The position numbers and the translations under genes were made by a program. A stretch of 63,763 nt of DNA, the filler included, from Craspedostauros australis (Eukaryota), in the NCBI GenBank assembly GCA_030167865.1. It is 10 parts of 10 records of this genome, joined end to end, with 100 filler letters (N's around TTAATTAATTAA, not from the genome) between each part and the next. Parts side by side here need not be neighbours in the genome. Positions count along the whole stretch, not along the records: positions 20,633 to 39,889 come from JALAGF010004741.1; positions 39,990 to 43,628 come from JALAGF010004742.1; positions 43,729 to 45,943 come from JALAGF010004743.1; positions 46,044 to 49,140 come from JALAGF010004744.1; 6 more parts are not named here. The stretch is one strand, 5' to 3'. A model generated the notes under the pieces. It was not told the origin of the DNA. It made no database searches and saw nothing but the letters and a program-made list of their open reading frames with translations. This document shows, piece after piece, positions 37,316 to 49,240 of this stretch. Within the stretch, counting starts at the first letter, position 1, and each line of letters starts with the position of its first letter.

Positions 37316-38608
37316 TTACTCAAATTCACCAACGGGCACTGTCGCCTCGCTGCCCAACGGCGGCCCCGTCGACCAGGCCGCCATCTGCTTCTCGAGCAGC
37401 TGCTTGCGCACGCTCTCCGCATGATCCTGCGGCACATGTCGCATGGTCTCCTTCCATTCCGCCACGACGTCACGGCGTTCCTCGATGATCTGCTCGGCGA
37501 GACCCAGCGGATCGGCCAGGCCTGCCTTCTTGCTATCGCAGTACATGACGCTGGGCGATTCGCGCAGCAAGGCGTCCATGAAATCATCGGCCATGCCGTA
37601 TTGCAAGTCGCCGTCGAAGTAATCGGCGACGCGCGACGTGTAGAACTTGGAGAGCCAGTTGTAGGAGACCTCCTTGTCTTCACCGGCGGCTCGGAATTTG
37701 CGCAGCAGCCTGTGGATGCTGGCCTGGGTGCAGAGGTTGTAGAGGAGGTCGAAGTTTCCCTTGCGGAATGGGGAAGACGCTCCCGCCGCGTTGAAGGCCG
37801 ACTGCTCCATGATGTTGACGGCGGTGCGTTCGAAGGCGAGCACGGAGGGCTTCTGGGCCATCTCCATGTCGGATTTGGTGCGATCTTCCTTGGATATGGC
37901 AAAGTAGGATGCGAGGATTTGGTCGTTGGCGGCCACGAGGAAATCCAAGTCCTGACACATCTCCTGCGCGATCTGCTCGCGCACGCTGAGGATGCGGGAT
38001 GTGAGGGACACGGGGTCGATGTCGATTTCGAATTCGACGTACCGGTCTTCGAGGTAAGGATTGTGCTTGGACCAGCCCTTGTGTCCCTTGCCGGAACGCT
38101 TGGCGGAGACGACGACGACATCCTTGGGACGGTCCATCATGGCGAGAAGCGGTGCCTCCCACGTTCCACCGAATCGTTGCAGGTAGCCGGCGCCCGTTCC
38201 GTGGTATTGCAGCTGGTTCTTGGTGTCGAGGAAATCCTCCATCCACTTGACGCTGTGGGGATCCCGCACCGACGTCAGCAGGTACATGAAGGACTGGATG
38301 GATCGTTGCGTGAGGAAGTTGCGGATATCCGTGCGCGCGTCGTTGTGCTGTTGCGCCGCCTCCTCGTCGCTATGGCCGACCATGGCGATGCGCGACGATC
38401 GGGCAAACGGGGTCGCTGCATTTGGATGCAATGCGGCCAACCTGGTTGGAGATGAGACGCTGATGCCGATAGAAAAGGCATCGGCGACAGTGGAAGGCGT
38501 TGACGATGACATCTTTGTGGTTGTGGAACTTGATTCGAAGGAGGCCAGCATTGCTGTCGCCAGCAGTAGCGACCGGCGGACGCGCCCAATGAATGGAGGT
38601 GATGGCAT
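37316..38608 (-). CDS. Predicted plastid-targeted protein with two RbcX-like repeats
   Basis: 430-aa intronless ORF with strong coding bias. It has a signal-peptide-like LLLATAMLA, a DAF motif and a Ser/Arg-rich transit-like region. Repeat 1: NFLTQRSIQ...KWMEDF...RILSVREQIAQE..DLDFL. Repeat 2: NLCTQASIHRLL...NWLSKF...DDFMDALLRE...LAEQIIEER. The CDS is well supported; the RbcX assignment is moderate. Confidence 0.75.
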   Translation of the reverse strand: MPSPPFIGRVRRSLLLATAMLASFESSSTTTKMSSSTPSTVADAFSIGISVSSPTRLAALHPNAATPFARSSRIAMVGHSDEEAAQQHNDARTDIRNFLTQRSIQSFMYLLTSVRDPHSVKWMEDFLDTKNQLQYHGTGAGYLQRFGGTWEAPLLAMMDRPKDVVVVSAKRSGKGHKGWSKHNPYLEDRYVEFEIDIDPVSLTSRILSVREQIAQEMCQDLDFLVAANDQILASYFAISKEDRTKSDMEMAQKPSVLAFERTAVNIMEQSAFNAAGASSPFRKGNFDLLYNLCTQASIHRLLRKFRAAGEDKEVSYNWLSKFYTSRVADYFDGDLQYGMADDFMDALLRESPSVMYCDSKKAGLADPLGLAEQIIEERRDVVAEWKETMRHVPQDHAESVRKQLLEKQMAAWSTGPPLGSEATVPVGEFE

Positions 38609-39545
38609 TGTGGCTGAGATCCGCCGTTGCTTTGTGATGGATGTTCTTGGAATTGAATTGAATTGACTGGGGTTGTGAATGTTGTGGATGTGTCAGGTTC
38701 GACCTCTGCTCGCCTTTGCAATGCTTTTGGCAGGGACAGAAACGTGCCAGTCCTCGTACTGCCCGATGTGTCTCGGAACGCCCTCGATTCTTGAATGGAG
38801 GCTTGGGATGACAATGGTGATGGCACCGATGCTGTGCTTTGACCGTTCTTTCTTTGGCTGTGGCAGTGCCTTTTGCTGCCTTTGCGGTTGGCTTTCGGGT
38901 GCTCACGCCGATGAAGTTGGGATGATGTGGGTCGTGATGCTGATGTTGATGCTGATGCCGATTGTGTCAGTCTGCGGAGAACAGCAGCTTGTCGGAGTTG
39001 TTTGCTCGATGGACTCTATCTTGATTTGTGTGCACGCGTCTCCGCTCTCATTCATGAAGACAGCAGCGATCCGTTGACACAGTGTCCAGAAGCCAAGGTG
39101 AGCGAGCCGAAAGGAAATATCAACGAAGAGATCAAAGGGGGAAACAAGTTTTACAAATACAACCTCTGACAAAGCTTGTTCCTGCTGCGCCAATCGATCA
39201 GTCCACCGATTGGCTGGTCCGATGATTGCCCATTGCTGCACGTTTGCTTCAATTCCTCGTTCGCCTGTCCGGATTGGTCGGTGTTTGGGAACAAAGCCGG
39301 AAGGGATGACGCCGCTCATGCCAATGTTCTGGTTCGGGTTGGCTTCGATGCCAGCAACGGAAGATAGCACCATCCCAGCACTCTTCAGGGGCTTCCGGTA
39401 AAACGGACTATCGGACTAACGAACAGCATCACTATTTGGTTAACGGACGATATTAGTCGTGAATGCGAAATTCTTAGTCATGATTGGAATGTCGTACTTG
39501 GCGTTTATGGTTTATGCAATCCGTGATTGAATTGTCTCTAGCCTA

Positions 39546-39708
39546 CAGCGAAAAAAAAATGCCCTAAAATAAGGCACCTTTTGAAAAGATGCCCTATTTA
39601 GGGCACGTTTTGAAAAGGTGCCCTATTTAAGGCACGTTTTGAAAAGGTGCCCTATTTAAGGCACGTTTTGAAAAGGTGCCCTATTTTAGGGCACGTTTTG
39701 TTTCACAA
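39546..39708. repeat. Array of five 29-30 bp palindromic units (AAAAGGTGCCCTATTTAAGGCACGTTTTG), MITE/foldback-like, flanked by TA
   Basis: Units directly visible at about 39555-39700. Each unit is an imperfect hairpin, the whole element is an imperfect inverted repeat, and TA occurs at 39544-45 and 39709-10. Confidence 0.8.
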
Positions 39709-39989
39709 TAGCCCAGCCACGATGGGCACATTCCACAAAGCCATCAACGGGGAACGATGTGGACGTCACTGAATGACGAATCAGAACACTAATACTTATC
39801 GTCAACTTGGCGTGACATGCCTTTGATAATCCTCTGTCGTCGCGTTGTTGCGCGGGATTTGCTCTTGCTCTTTCTGTCGTCCAATCGGCNNNNNNNNNNN
39901 NNNNNNNNNNNNNNNNNNNNNNNNNNNNNNNNNTTAATTAATTAANNNNNNNNNNNNNNNNNNNNNNNNNNNNNNNNNNNNNNNNNNNN

Positions 39990-40700
39990 CGTGCTGAGAT
40001 CATCTGTGTCGATGCTGACATGAGAGAGGACGACGCGTAGGAGCGTTGGTCCATCCATGAGTCCGTTGATCTCATATGTGCTGCGCTGCGGCAGGATACG
40101 GTTGACGAGGTTGGGGCTCAGCGAGTTGAGGATGGCGACACCTATGAGGTGCGCGGCTTGCTTCTCGACGCTGTCATTGATGTGACGCAATGTGGCACTG
40201 GTGCGCACATGGTCGATGGTGGTGAGTGGATAGTTGTCNAGGATGTTGTACATGCCTGTTGTTGTGGCGACTTGGAAGATGTCAATGCATTGCATCATCA
40301 TCGCGCGAGTGCGAATGTTGGCAAGGAAGACGTTGATGTTCTCTGGAGCACCTTCGAACTTGTCGTCGCTGAGCTTCTCTTGTGCTGTCTTGATGAGAGC
40401 AGCGCCTGTCTTTGTTGTTGGGTCGATGAGAGATCCATATGGTGTTACAGCAAACTGTGCTGGTTGCTGGTTGGCTGGCGGATTCGGATTAGCTTGGACA
40501 ACTGGCTGTGCAGCTGCTGCTGCTTGGACTTGTGCTGCCACTTGCTGCTGGATGATTTGGACAAGCTGTGCCATGTTCAGAGCGATGGGCTGTCCTCCTG
40601 CTTGTGGTGGTTGCTGTGCTGCCTGTGGTTGTGCAGCTGCTTGTCCTGCAGGTGCGGTTGCGGCTGTGGCGTCGTTGGGTTGGTTGCCTTGATCCGCCAT
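39990..40700 (-). mobile_element. Second Ty1/copia gag N-terminal fragment (different diatom copia lineage), truncated by contig end
   Basis: Q/A/P-rich N-terminus, then FAVTPYGSLIDPTTKTGAALIKTAQEKL..DKFEGAPENINVFLANIRTRA...DNY and MDGPTLLRVVL. Confidence 0.65.
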
Positions 40701-41394
40701 GGTCGCTCTTCGAGTTTCGTTGTTGTTGTCGGTTTTGGTGCGTGCGACCAAACCAGACGATCAGAGCGCGTGTTTCACGTTGCGCAGAGGAAGCGTGTGC
40801 AGGTTTTTCACGTGACCGGAGGTGTTGGGGGGGTGAAACCTGTCTGTTCTGAAAATTATGACTGTGCGGAGCGGTCATTTGCTCAACATGGATCCTACGC
40901 GTGGTTTGTGCGGTATCGTCTGTCCATCGACACTCATTGTTCGGATTCGGCCAGATTCGGGAATTGGCACTAAATCTGCACAAACGAATCCTCAGTCAAG
41001 CAGGGTCACGATCAGATCGTTGACTACCGTGACCGCAAGGACCAGACGGATCAACACACGAAGGAATCCTCGGGCCAAGCGTGCATGATTTGTGTGCTAA
41101 CATGTGCCCAGTGCAGAAGGTAACCTCCTGCCCTGAAAACGTGTTATTGACAGCAGTCACACCAGCTGCCTCGATGACAACATCATCATCATCATCATCA
41201 AAACAACAACATCACCAAGAACATCACCAACAACAATTACAGCACTAACACGCACGGCACAACTCATCACAAGGCCCAACTTCATCACACAACTCACAAC
41301 GAAAAATCATCAGTCACTGTTGCTGCATGATCACAGCGCACAGTACTGAATGCTTCTTCGATTGTTCGAGCTCTTCTTTCTTCCCTTTGCCACC

Positions 41395-42240
41395 ATGGAC
41401 GACCTGGCTGTTGTGCTTGACTGCTCTCTCTTCCTGGTCGTTGGTGGGGGTGTTTCCGAGGAGTCCACCACTCCACAGAAGTCCACCACCTTGGTCTCCT
41501 TTGCTCTCCTAACAGCGCTATGTGGTAAGAGATACAAGCTGTATTGCGTCCCTCTGGAGACAGAGGTGTGTGATCAGCCATGTTTCACAACGATTGGCAA
41601 AGGAGAGACATTCTGTGTGGCTCAGGGCCGCTCCATCATGCACCAAGGGTCCAGGTGGGAACCTGATCCTGGTGCATTGTTCATTGCAAAAACTCCCACA
41701 ACGGCGTACTGCATTCCTTCTGTGCCTATTTCTTGCCTGCATGCTGATTTTGTCATGAGCACAATGGCCACATCTCAGTTGCTTGAGGGTTGGATGCGCT
41801 TCTTTGTTGCTGCCAATGGCATACCACCTGAAGTCCCCATCACACAAGATCTGCTGGAGGCAGAGTACGAGAAGATTATGGATGCACACCTCCATCCCAC
41901 TCCTTGCAAGAACAAATCTCTGGACAATATCAGCATGGCTGGGAGGGACAACAACTATCAAAAGCAAGTGAAGGACTCCAACATCCCTGAAACAGAGGGC
42001 AAGCTCAAGGCAGTTGTGGAAGTAGTGTGCAGCATTGATGCTGCTGTGGAGCAGAACAGTCAGTCTCTCAACTGGACTCTGCAACTGTTGTTTGAAGAAC
42101 AGAAGAACAACTCTGACGCACACAAAACTGCTCCCTGATGCATCAACGAAATGGAGGCTGCTCTCGGAAAGCGTGAGCGTGGCCAATTCGAGGAATTTGA
42201 CTCTTTCACGCTATGGGGGACGCTTGTCGAGATGTACATG
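41395..42240 (+). mobile_element. Decayed CpG-depleted ORF, possibly gag-like ORF1 of a tyrosine-recombinase (DIRS/Ngaro-type) retroelement
   Basis: Cys/His motif CFTTIGKGETFCVAQGRSIMH and a coiled-coil-like region. The frame continues past TGA 42136-38 into EAALGKR...FTLWGTL. CG is visibly scarce relative to host genes. Confidence 0.35.
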
Positions 42241-45200
42241 CATGTATGTTCAAGATTTACATGTATATGTGCATCGTTCCCCCATTATTCTCTTATATGT
42301 GTTGACGGTAAAACTACACTCGTTTCAATAGTATGATGTGATTTGTCAGAATCACAGTGGAAATAAAACACATAAAAATAAGCAGAATTTCTGGAGGTAA
42401 TTTGCAATCAACGATTTCTGAGAGAATCAGGAATATCGTCCGTCCATCCATCAATGGAAACGTATGGTATCGAGCAAAGCTCGAGGTACCTCCCAACTAA
42501 ACCCCAGATGACGACATCATCTGAGAGACCATCGCATCATTGGCAGAATGTGACATCTGGAGAGCAGAAGGATGCTTACTGACATCAACAGGATGTCATC
42601 ACGTCACCATGTTGACATCTGTCTCCATGTCAGAAGCAGAAGGTGAAGAATTGATGGCCAAAGGACATCGAGATCATGGATACATGAAGAGGAGTTCAAG
42701 TGGTAAGTACTTGTGGAGTAGGAACCAGCGATGAACTCATGGAGTGTCGAATGTGGAGTATGCATCAAACACGGAGTATGGTGTAATGCAAATACATGAT
42801 ATGGAGAGAGAGAGAGAGAGAGAATACGATAGCAGCGAGAGAGCATCTCGCGCACTGACTCATAGCCGGAGACCCAATCTACGAAACAGACAGCCGCGCT
42901 GAGAGCATCGGGCAAGAGAATGGACACTGAGAGGATCGGAGTGCCAACGTAATGAAATAGCAAACAGAACGACTATCAACAACACCATCTTCCACGATCG
43001 TAGGTATCCATTCACGGAACTTGCCAACATTCGTCACCATCATCACTATCACCACATACAACAACAACAGCCGCAATTGTGGCGGAAGCAACAGATACGA
43101 AGCAAACAGAGCAGCAGAAGAGCGAAGAAGAGGAAGAGATGGAAGCAAAGGATCGAGACCACAGAATGTGGTGTGAGGCCAACACCACAAGAAGACATGC
43201 CTAGAACAAAGAGATGGTCCTGGAAGAAGTGAGGGATGAGATTCGGACGGGGATGAGATGGAGACTGATGGCGAAAATGGATGAACACAATATGGACTAA
43301 TTAGGGAGATATCGCATGTAAAATGAAGCCACCCCTGGAACCTGTCGTGGTGACAACCAGTGGGGAGCTCTCCCCAAATGTTCGCGTTCGCGTTGGATCT
43401 TGGAGGGACTGAAATAATCAAATTAGTCATACAATGACGTCATCAATACTGCCCTAGACGGCTGTCTAGATAGACTATTGGTGACACAAGACCTAGACTT
43501 GTGCACAATAGATACTAGTCAACAATAAGTCACCCAAGCAATCACGTTGTTAGTCTCACCTACGAGTCGTGTTAACAATCCATCCAGTCGGATCAGTCAA
43601 GATTCGAACTGAAGTCGGATTAGTCAAGNNNNNNNNNNNNNNNNNNNNNNNNNNNNNNNNNNNNNNNNNNNNTTAATTAATTAANNNNNNNNNNNNNNNN
43701 NNNNNNNNNNNNNNNNNNNNNNNNNNNNTGATTGGCGTGCCGACTGAAGGGTTCGCAACCCTGTTCAAGCATCAGTTCGCGTTGTCATTCGTTTCTGTTT
43801 CCGCTTAAAGGAATCCAATCGAAGACGTTTTCGACGGTTATTGCGACCCTTTTCATATAACGTAGAAGGAGAACACATCGAGTTCGCCAAAGATATAAGC
43901 GGGGAGCCGGCGACGTTGGCTTCGATGGTGTACCGCCGTTTCTCCCCACATCGTTTCTGAATGGAACAGCCGTTGACAAAACAAAATCGAATGGACTGGT
44001 TCTGCGGACTGGGGAGAGAGCGTCAGACACTTTCACAGAGCGAGGAAGTTGTGTGGGTTTTGTCCACGGCGCGTGGAACGACGAATGCATGTACATGCCG
44101 GTACTCGTATCAACGTGCACAACAGGCACACCTACGAAGGAGGTAGCGATGACCACGAAATGTGCCTACGATCCACTCAAAGGTACCAACCGACAGAGCA
44201 CCACCAAATGTCATGATGACACAGAGCGAAATCGAATGGGATCAATGTCCAGGCCTCCTTCTCACTCCGTTTCCCTTCATCGTTTTCTGAACCTCGTCAT
44301 GTTCGGAACTGTTTCTGTTCATTTCTGCAAGGGAAGCGCGGTAAAGTCTATTTTTGCGTCGATTTTCGCTTTGTTCACGCTTGGGGTGTGTTGCGCGGTT
44401 TTTGGGTCTGTCGAGTCATGCACTCATGGGACTACTAGAGCACGCCTTTCCCGTGTCGACATGACGTCGCGCTGATTTGCGTTCGTGGTTGCGATGCCGC
44501 ACACTGTTCGCACATGCCAATGATGTCCCCTTTTCTCGTTCCACCCTGTTGTGTCTGTGCCAACACATCCCCATCACAGACCCACGACACAACACGACGC
44601 AGCATCGACGCAGTCACACATTTGCTTTCCCTCTTTGGAAAGAAGTGGCTGATTTGCAATCATCATTCGTGTTCTCCCGTCCCCTTGCTCAGACAACTTT
44701 CTTACTTGTCCAAGCGGTTCGTTTTCGCACCGTCGTTGATTACCACAGAGCGCTCCTCCAACCACAAGCTGTCCGTTGTCTTACTAGCCTACTGACCTTC
44801 GTGTCATCAACCGTCGCGATCTGCACCGGGAGCAGCGCCATTCCTCCACGTTCCTGTATTAATGCGCACTACGTTACTGCGTGATCACTATCGTGCTCGT
44901 GTCCGTTGTCGAAGGTGGTGAGCCCGCCCCCGTCCAACGTTTGTTTGGCTGTGCGGCTCAGGTGCTCGTTGGTGATTCTCTGGGTTGTTCGCATGACAAA
45001 GTGGGACTCTCTTCGGCAAGCGTTGGTGTCTGGCGGTCTTCCTTCTTCGGGGTGTTGTCACGACGGCACGAAATTCGCTTTGCGTTCCTCGCGATGCTTG
45101 TCCAGTGCGTCCGAGATGCAAACTCAGAATATAGTATTTGCAACGTCAAACAACGGAACATGGCGCTTTACCGAGTACCCCATCAGTGCAATTGTTTGCT

Positions 45201-46043
45201 TGCTCTATTCAAACGAGGACACCAACCACGCGTTAACTCAACAGACACAGCAAGCTATCGACGGTCATCACGTTTCGTGGTTTTGACAGTGTAGCTATTT
45301 GTTGCTAGTACAAGGGATGGGCTAGTTATCATGTGTTCTGTGCATCTGTTTGGGCAGCCTACCCGTCGCATGTCTCTTGCATCACAGGAACAACATCAAA
45401 CGAGGGCAAGCCATCACAGAGATCAATTCGAGTCAGTGTTGCGACTGTGTTGAATGCGCTTCAGGTGTGTGCATGACGAGTGCTTGATTCGACTGTTGTC
45501 AGTTGGAGGCAGCGGCGGAGGATGCCATCCGCACAGTAAGCTGGCGCAAAGACACAAAGCGCCCCACAGTGCCCAGCATCAGCGCATCCAAATTCGTGAC
45601 GCACTCACTTCGGTTTGAGTCACTGGCGAAAGACGGAGAAATCGCCCCAAAGACCACACCACAACGAGCTGGCTGCCACGATTATCCCCCGTGGTTGGAA
45701 CTGCAACACGAACATCGCAACGCACACGAGATGAGCAGAATTTGTCCTGGTTCAGTGATGGGCACGCCCGCTGTGTTCACCGTGACAAAATTGCAAATGA
45801 TTGGTTGCGCGGCAAAGTGCGAGAGAACAGATGCGACTGTGTGTCTTGCAATTGGGTGTCGGACAGCACATGCGACACGACCTTCACTCTCCAATGTTCA
45901 TGTGATTCACTGTGATGTTTATTGCTGATGTCATCACGCGCGTNNNNNNNNNNNNNNNNNNNNNNNNNNNNNNNNNNNNNNNNNNNNTTAATTAATTAAN
46001 NNNNNNNNNNNNNNNNNNNNNNNNNNNNNNNNNNNNNNNNNNN

Positions 46044-47456
46044 GATCATGATCCAGACTTCAAGACTTTCTGGAAACAACTCCATCGAAAATTGTGGGTT
46101 CCGAAGACTGCATTCAATATACAGAGTCATTCAAGACAGCAGATCGACTGCTACAGTGTCACACCCAAGCGGATGGAATACTGGGACATGGCCATCGAAG
46201 CAGGATTCACCGTCGCTGACTTGGAATCGATGCAGTGGTGGCACAAGCACGTTGCTTTATCATCTCGTGTTCTACTGAGCAAATCGCTTTTTCAGAGAAG
46301 CGGATGGATGGGTATTGGATCCCTGTATCTGAAATTCGGCAGCAATGACCAATTCGGAGAAGAAGACAAGCAAGCCATTCGCTTTGTACTTCGATTGGCT
46401 GCCAAACGCCCAGCCAAATCTATATTCGGCGAAGGCATCTGCTTGCCTCCATGCTTCGTGAAGATAAAACAGCTCCATGATATCCCTCTTGTGACACATC
46501 GTGTGCATTTTGATTCATGTGATCTTGTTGATTGTGACAAGCTCATGTTCAACATCTCCCAAAACTCCAAATACGTTTCGTTTTGTTTCTGCAAGCTCAC
46601 CAATGGGGGCGCTGATTTGTGCAGATGGCTGTCTCCAAACAATTGCAGTGTCACCGAAGTATTCTTTTGGGACACCCGTATCACTTGCGATAGCTTGGCA
46701 AAGCTATTCCAGTCAAACAAGCGCATCAACAAGCTCAACATCAATTGGTCTCGGCTCTCCGACACTCAACAAATCCACTCACAACAAGAAATCGACCAGA
46801 TCATCAAACTCCTTTCAGATGCATCACACCTGAACAAGCTCGAGGTTTCCTGTACTTGGGACATGTCATCGCAACAAGAGGGGATGACAAGGTTCGACAC
46901 TTTGATCTCGCTCCTGGGAAACAAGAGCTTGTCATCTCTCAGATATCGTCATTTTGATGTTCCCAGCATGTTTGAGGTTGCGCCCGAGATCTTCTCGGCA
47001 CAAATGAAAGCACTTCAGCAAGCCTTGGAGCAGACTCCCCAACTCACCCATCTCCACATTTGTCCACGTCCGCCTGGCGAACATGTCCATTCGTACAATG
47101 CGCTTGTTGAATGCAACTTGCGGCAAAATCATTGCAACAAGGTGAGAGCAGTGCTGTGTTCCCTTCCGACATGGTCGCGGCCACTGGCCCTGTTTGGAGA
47201 GATGCTGATGAGAACAAGCAAACGTCGTGGTCCAATGTTTGAAGAGGGTCTAATGGGTACAATGGATCCTACGAGCGAGACTTTCAACATTCTGCTGCAG
47301 GGCAGTGAGACGTTGAAACAGGCGTGGGATGACAAGAGAGAGGATCGGCTCGTCCGAGTTGATGATGCTTCTGCTTGCGGTGTGGAAAAGAAAGGCACAT
47401 CGATGATTGATGCGATCCTGCATTGCCTTGAAGTACTCTGGTCGTCGAGTAATTAG
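46044..47456 (+). CDS. RNI-like/degenerate leucine-rich-repeat protein, 5' partial
   Basis: Frame is open from the contig start (46044) to the stop at 47456. Repeats VTEVFFW, INKLNINW, LNKLEVS, LSSLRYRH and LTHLHI, followed by an 'NLRQN' C-terminal segment typical of expanded diatom LRR-like families. Confidence 0.7.
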   Translation, partial: DHDPDFKTFWKQLHRKLWVPKTAFNIQSHSRQQIDCYSVTPKRMEYWDMAIEAGFTVADLESMQWWHKHVALSSRVLLSKSLFQRSGWMGIGSLYLKFGSNDQFGEEDKQAIRFVLRLAAKRPAKSIFGEGICLPPCFVKIKQLHDIPLVTHRVHFDSCDLVDCDKLMFNISQNSKYVSFCFCKLTNGGADLCRWLSPNNCSVTEVFFWDTRITCDSLAKLFQSNKRINKLNINWSRLSDTQQIHSQQEIDQIIKLLSDASHLNKLEVSCTWDMSSQQEGMTRFDTLISLLGNKSLSSLRYRHFDVPSMFEVAPEIFSAQMKALQQALEQTPQLTHLHICPRPPGEHVHSYNALVECNLRQNHCNKVRAVLCSLPTWSRPLALFGEMLMRTSKRRGPMFEEGLMGTMDPTSETFNILLQGSETLKQAWDDKREDRLVRVDDASACGVEKKGTSMIDAILHCLEVLWSSSN

Positions 47457-47582
47457 AACAGCACATGAAGACAGTATTGATACTCTGGTGAATGTGAGTG
47501 TGTTGTTGCACGAGTGAGATGGAAAAGGGAGGTGGTTGGTTGGTTGGTTGATTGATTGATTGATTGATCATCGCCTTGGTCT

Positions 47583-47900
47583 GTCACACAAAGGGATTGT
47601 GGAAGTAGATCCACAACTCGAAGAAACGATTGGCATTGTCGATGAGTCGATCGATGATGGGCCTGATGGTGTGCTTGGGGATCTTGTCATCATCGATCTA
47701 CTGTCGCATCTGCTGCTGGATGCGCTCAGCCTTGGATGATGCCTTCCAAGCGACGTTGTTGTCGCTGTTGTCGCTGTTGTCGTTGGTGTCGTTGGTGTTG
47801 GTATTGCTGTTGTTCTCGAAAGCTTGCGCCAGGAGAGCCCAGCGCTGCCACCGCCGATCACGGCAATCTTCCGTATTGGTTGGTGGTTCCCACTCTCACT
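47583..47900 (-). pseudogene. Fragment with a Rossmann dinucleotide-binding motif (FAD-oxidoreductase relic)
   Basis: IRKIAVIGGGSAGL is followed by a frameshift into LAQAFEN..., an internal stop and no complete domain. Confidence 0.35.
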
Positions 47901-48374
47901 CTCATTGTTTCTTCTCCTGCTGATTCGCTTCTGCGTTGGAGTGAGGATGACGGGGACGACGGGGATGACCGTGAGTTCGTTGCCACCGCCATGCACGCAA
48001 TGTTGATGGCATCAATCGTCCTCTTTTGATGCATCGACGATGCCATTGGTGCCATTGGTGCCATTGCTGTGATTCTTCTGGTTGCGGCTGTCTCTGTGGT
48101 TGGGCGATCAATGAGTGAGGAACCAAGTCAACCAGCCGGCATTGTTCGAAGTCTCTCGCTAGATCATCGTTGAGCGTTGTGGTTGTGGTTGTGGCGATCT
48201 GCATCAGTATTCGCAGCGGCGATTTCTGTTGCGCCACCACCATCACTGTCGTCATCGTCGCCGCCACCGCCAAACAACGAATGGCTTGCTATTTGTCGTT
48301 CGCGACGATTGGGTGAGGCGAGATGAGTCCTGGATACGTTTGTTGTGGATTGAAACACGAGTGGTGTCATGCTC

Positions 48375-48455
48375 ATCATCGCTGTCATCGCTGTCATCGC
48401 TGTCATCGCTGTCATCGCTGTCATCGCTGTCATCGCTGTCATCGTCGTCATCGTC
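48375..48455. repeat. 9-bp microsatellite (TCATCGCTG)n
   Basis: About 7 perfect tandem copies with degenerate flanks. Confidence 0.9.
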
Positions 48456-49240
48456 ATCGCCACAGAACATGAGAAACGCCTCTGATTTCCACTGAAGAAG
48501 TCATCGTGGTGGATTCTTCACATCGTGGATCAGCCCATCGGAGTCGTTCGATAACATCCAACTCTCGAAGAAGCGTATCGATCGGAGCATAATAATAGTA
48601 TCGTGATTGACTCCCCCAAGACCATTACAGAGGGATGTGCCTACTCAGATAACACGACCTATGGTATCACATGAAGAGGCGAAACTGTACAGCGTGGCAA
48701 AGTTGGGCATCATCGAAGGTCGTATCGTGTGAGCGAGCTAGGCAGCTTCGGATCGTGGATGTGGCTGTCCACGGTCGTACCATACCATACCACACCATAC
48801 CACACCGAACCACCATACACCGTGGTGGAACCGCGCAAGTCCATGCAGGCGTGTTGACTGACGACACGTTGCTTCGTGATCAATGCACAGGATCATGGAA
48901 TGGAGGACAGCAAACTTGAGCAGATGAGCTCACAATCGCCATCCAAGCGCAACTGATTTGGGACCACAGAAAAGGTGATTTCTTTGGCGATTGATTCGTT
49001 CAAAGGCGAGGCCCACCAAAATTCAGTGGTTTGTTCTGTTGTGGATCTTGTTGAGCTGGCAACTTGGTTGGAATTTGGCGGATGCCGACCAACAACCACA
49101 AATTACCACGAGCGAGAAAACCATTTCCTTGCACATCCAANNNNNNNNNNNNNNNNNNNNNNNNNNNNNNNNNNNNNNNNNNNNTTAATTAATTAANNNN
49201 NNNNNNNNNNNNNNNNNNNNNNNNNNNNNNNNNNNNNNNN

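Noticed and set aside
37421..38455. Long antisense ORFs (344 aa here; also 5826-6563, 40149-40973, 61675-62571)
   Set aside because: Shadow ORFs opposite real coding sequences with biased codon usage.
39555..39700. CRISPR-like 29-bp palindromic repeats
   Set aside because: Units are directly adjacent with no spacers.
43729..45943. Short ORFs on this contig, and at 18340-18995, 52640-53100 and 55860-57560
   Set aside because: No recognisable motifs or consistent exon structure. Some may be decayed genes but cannot be supported.
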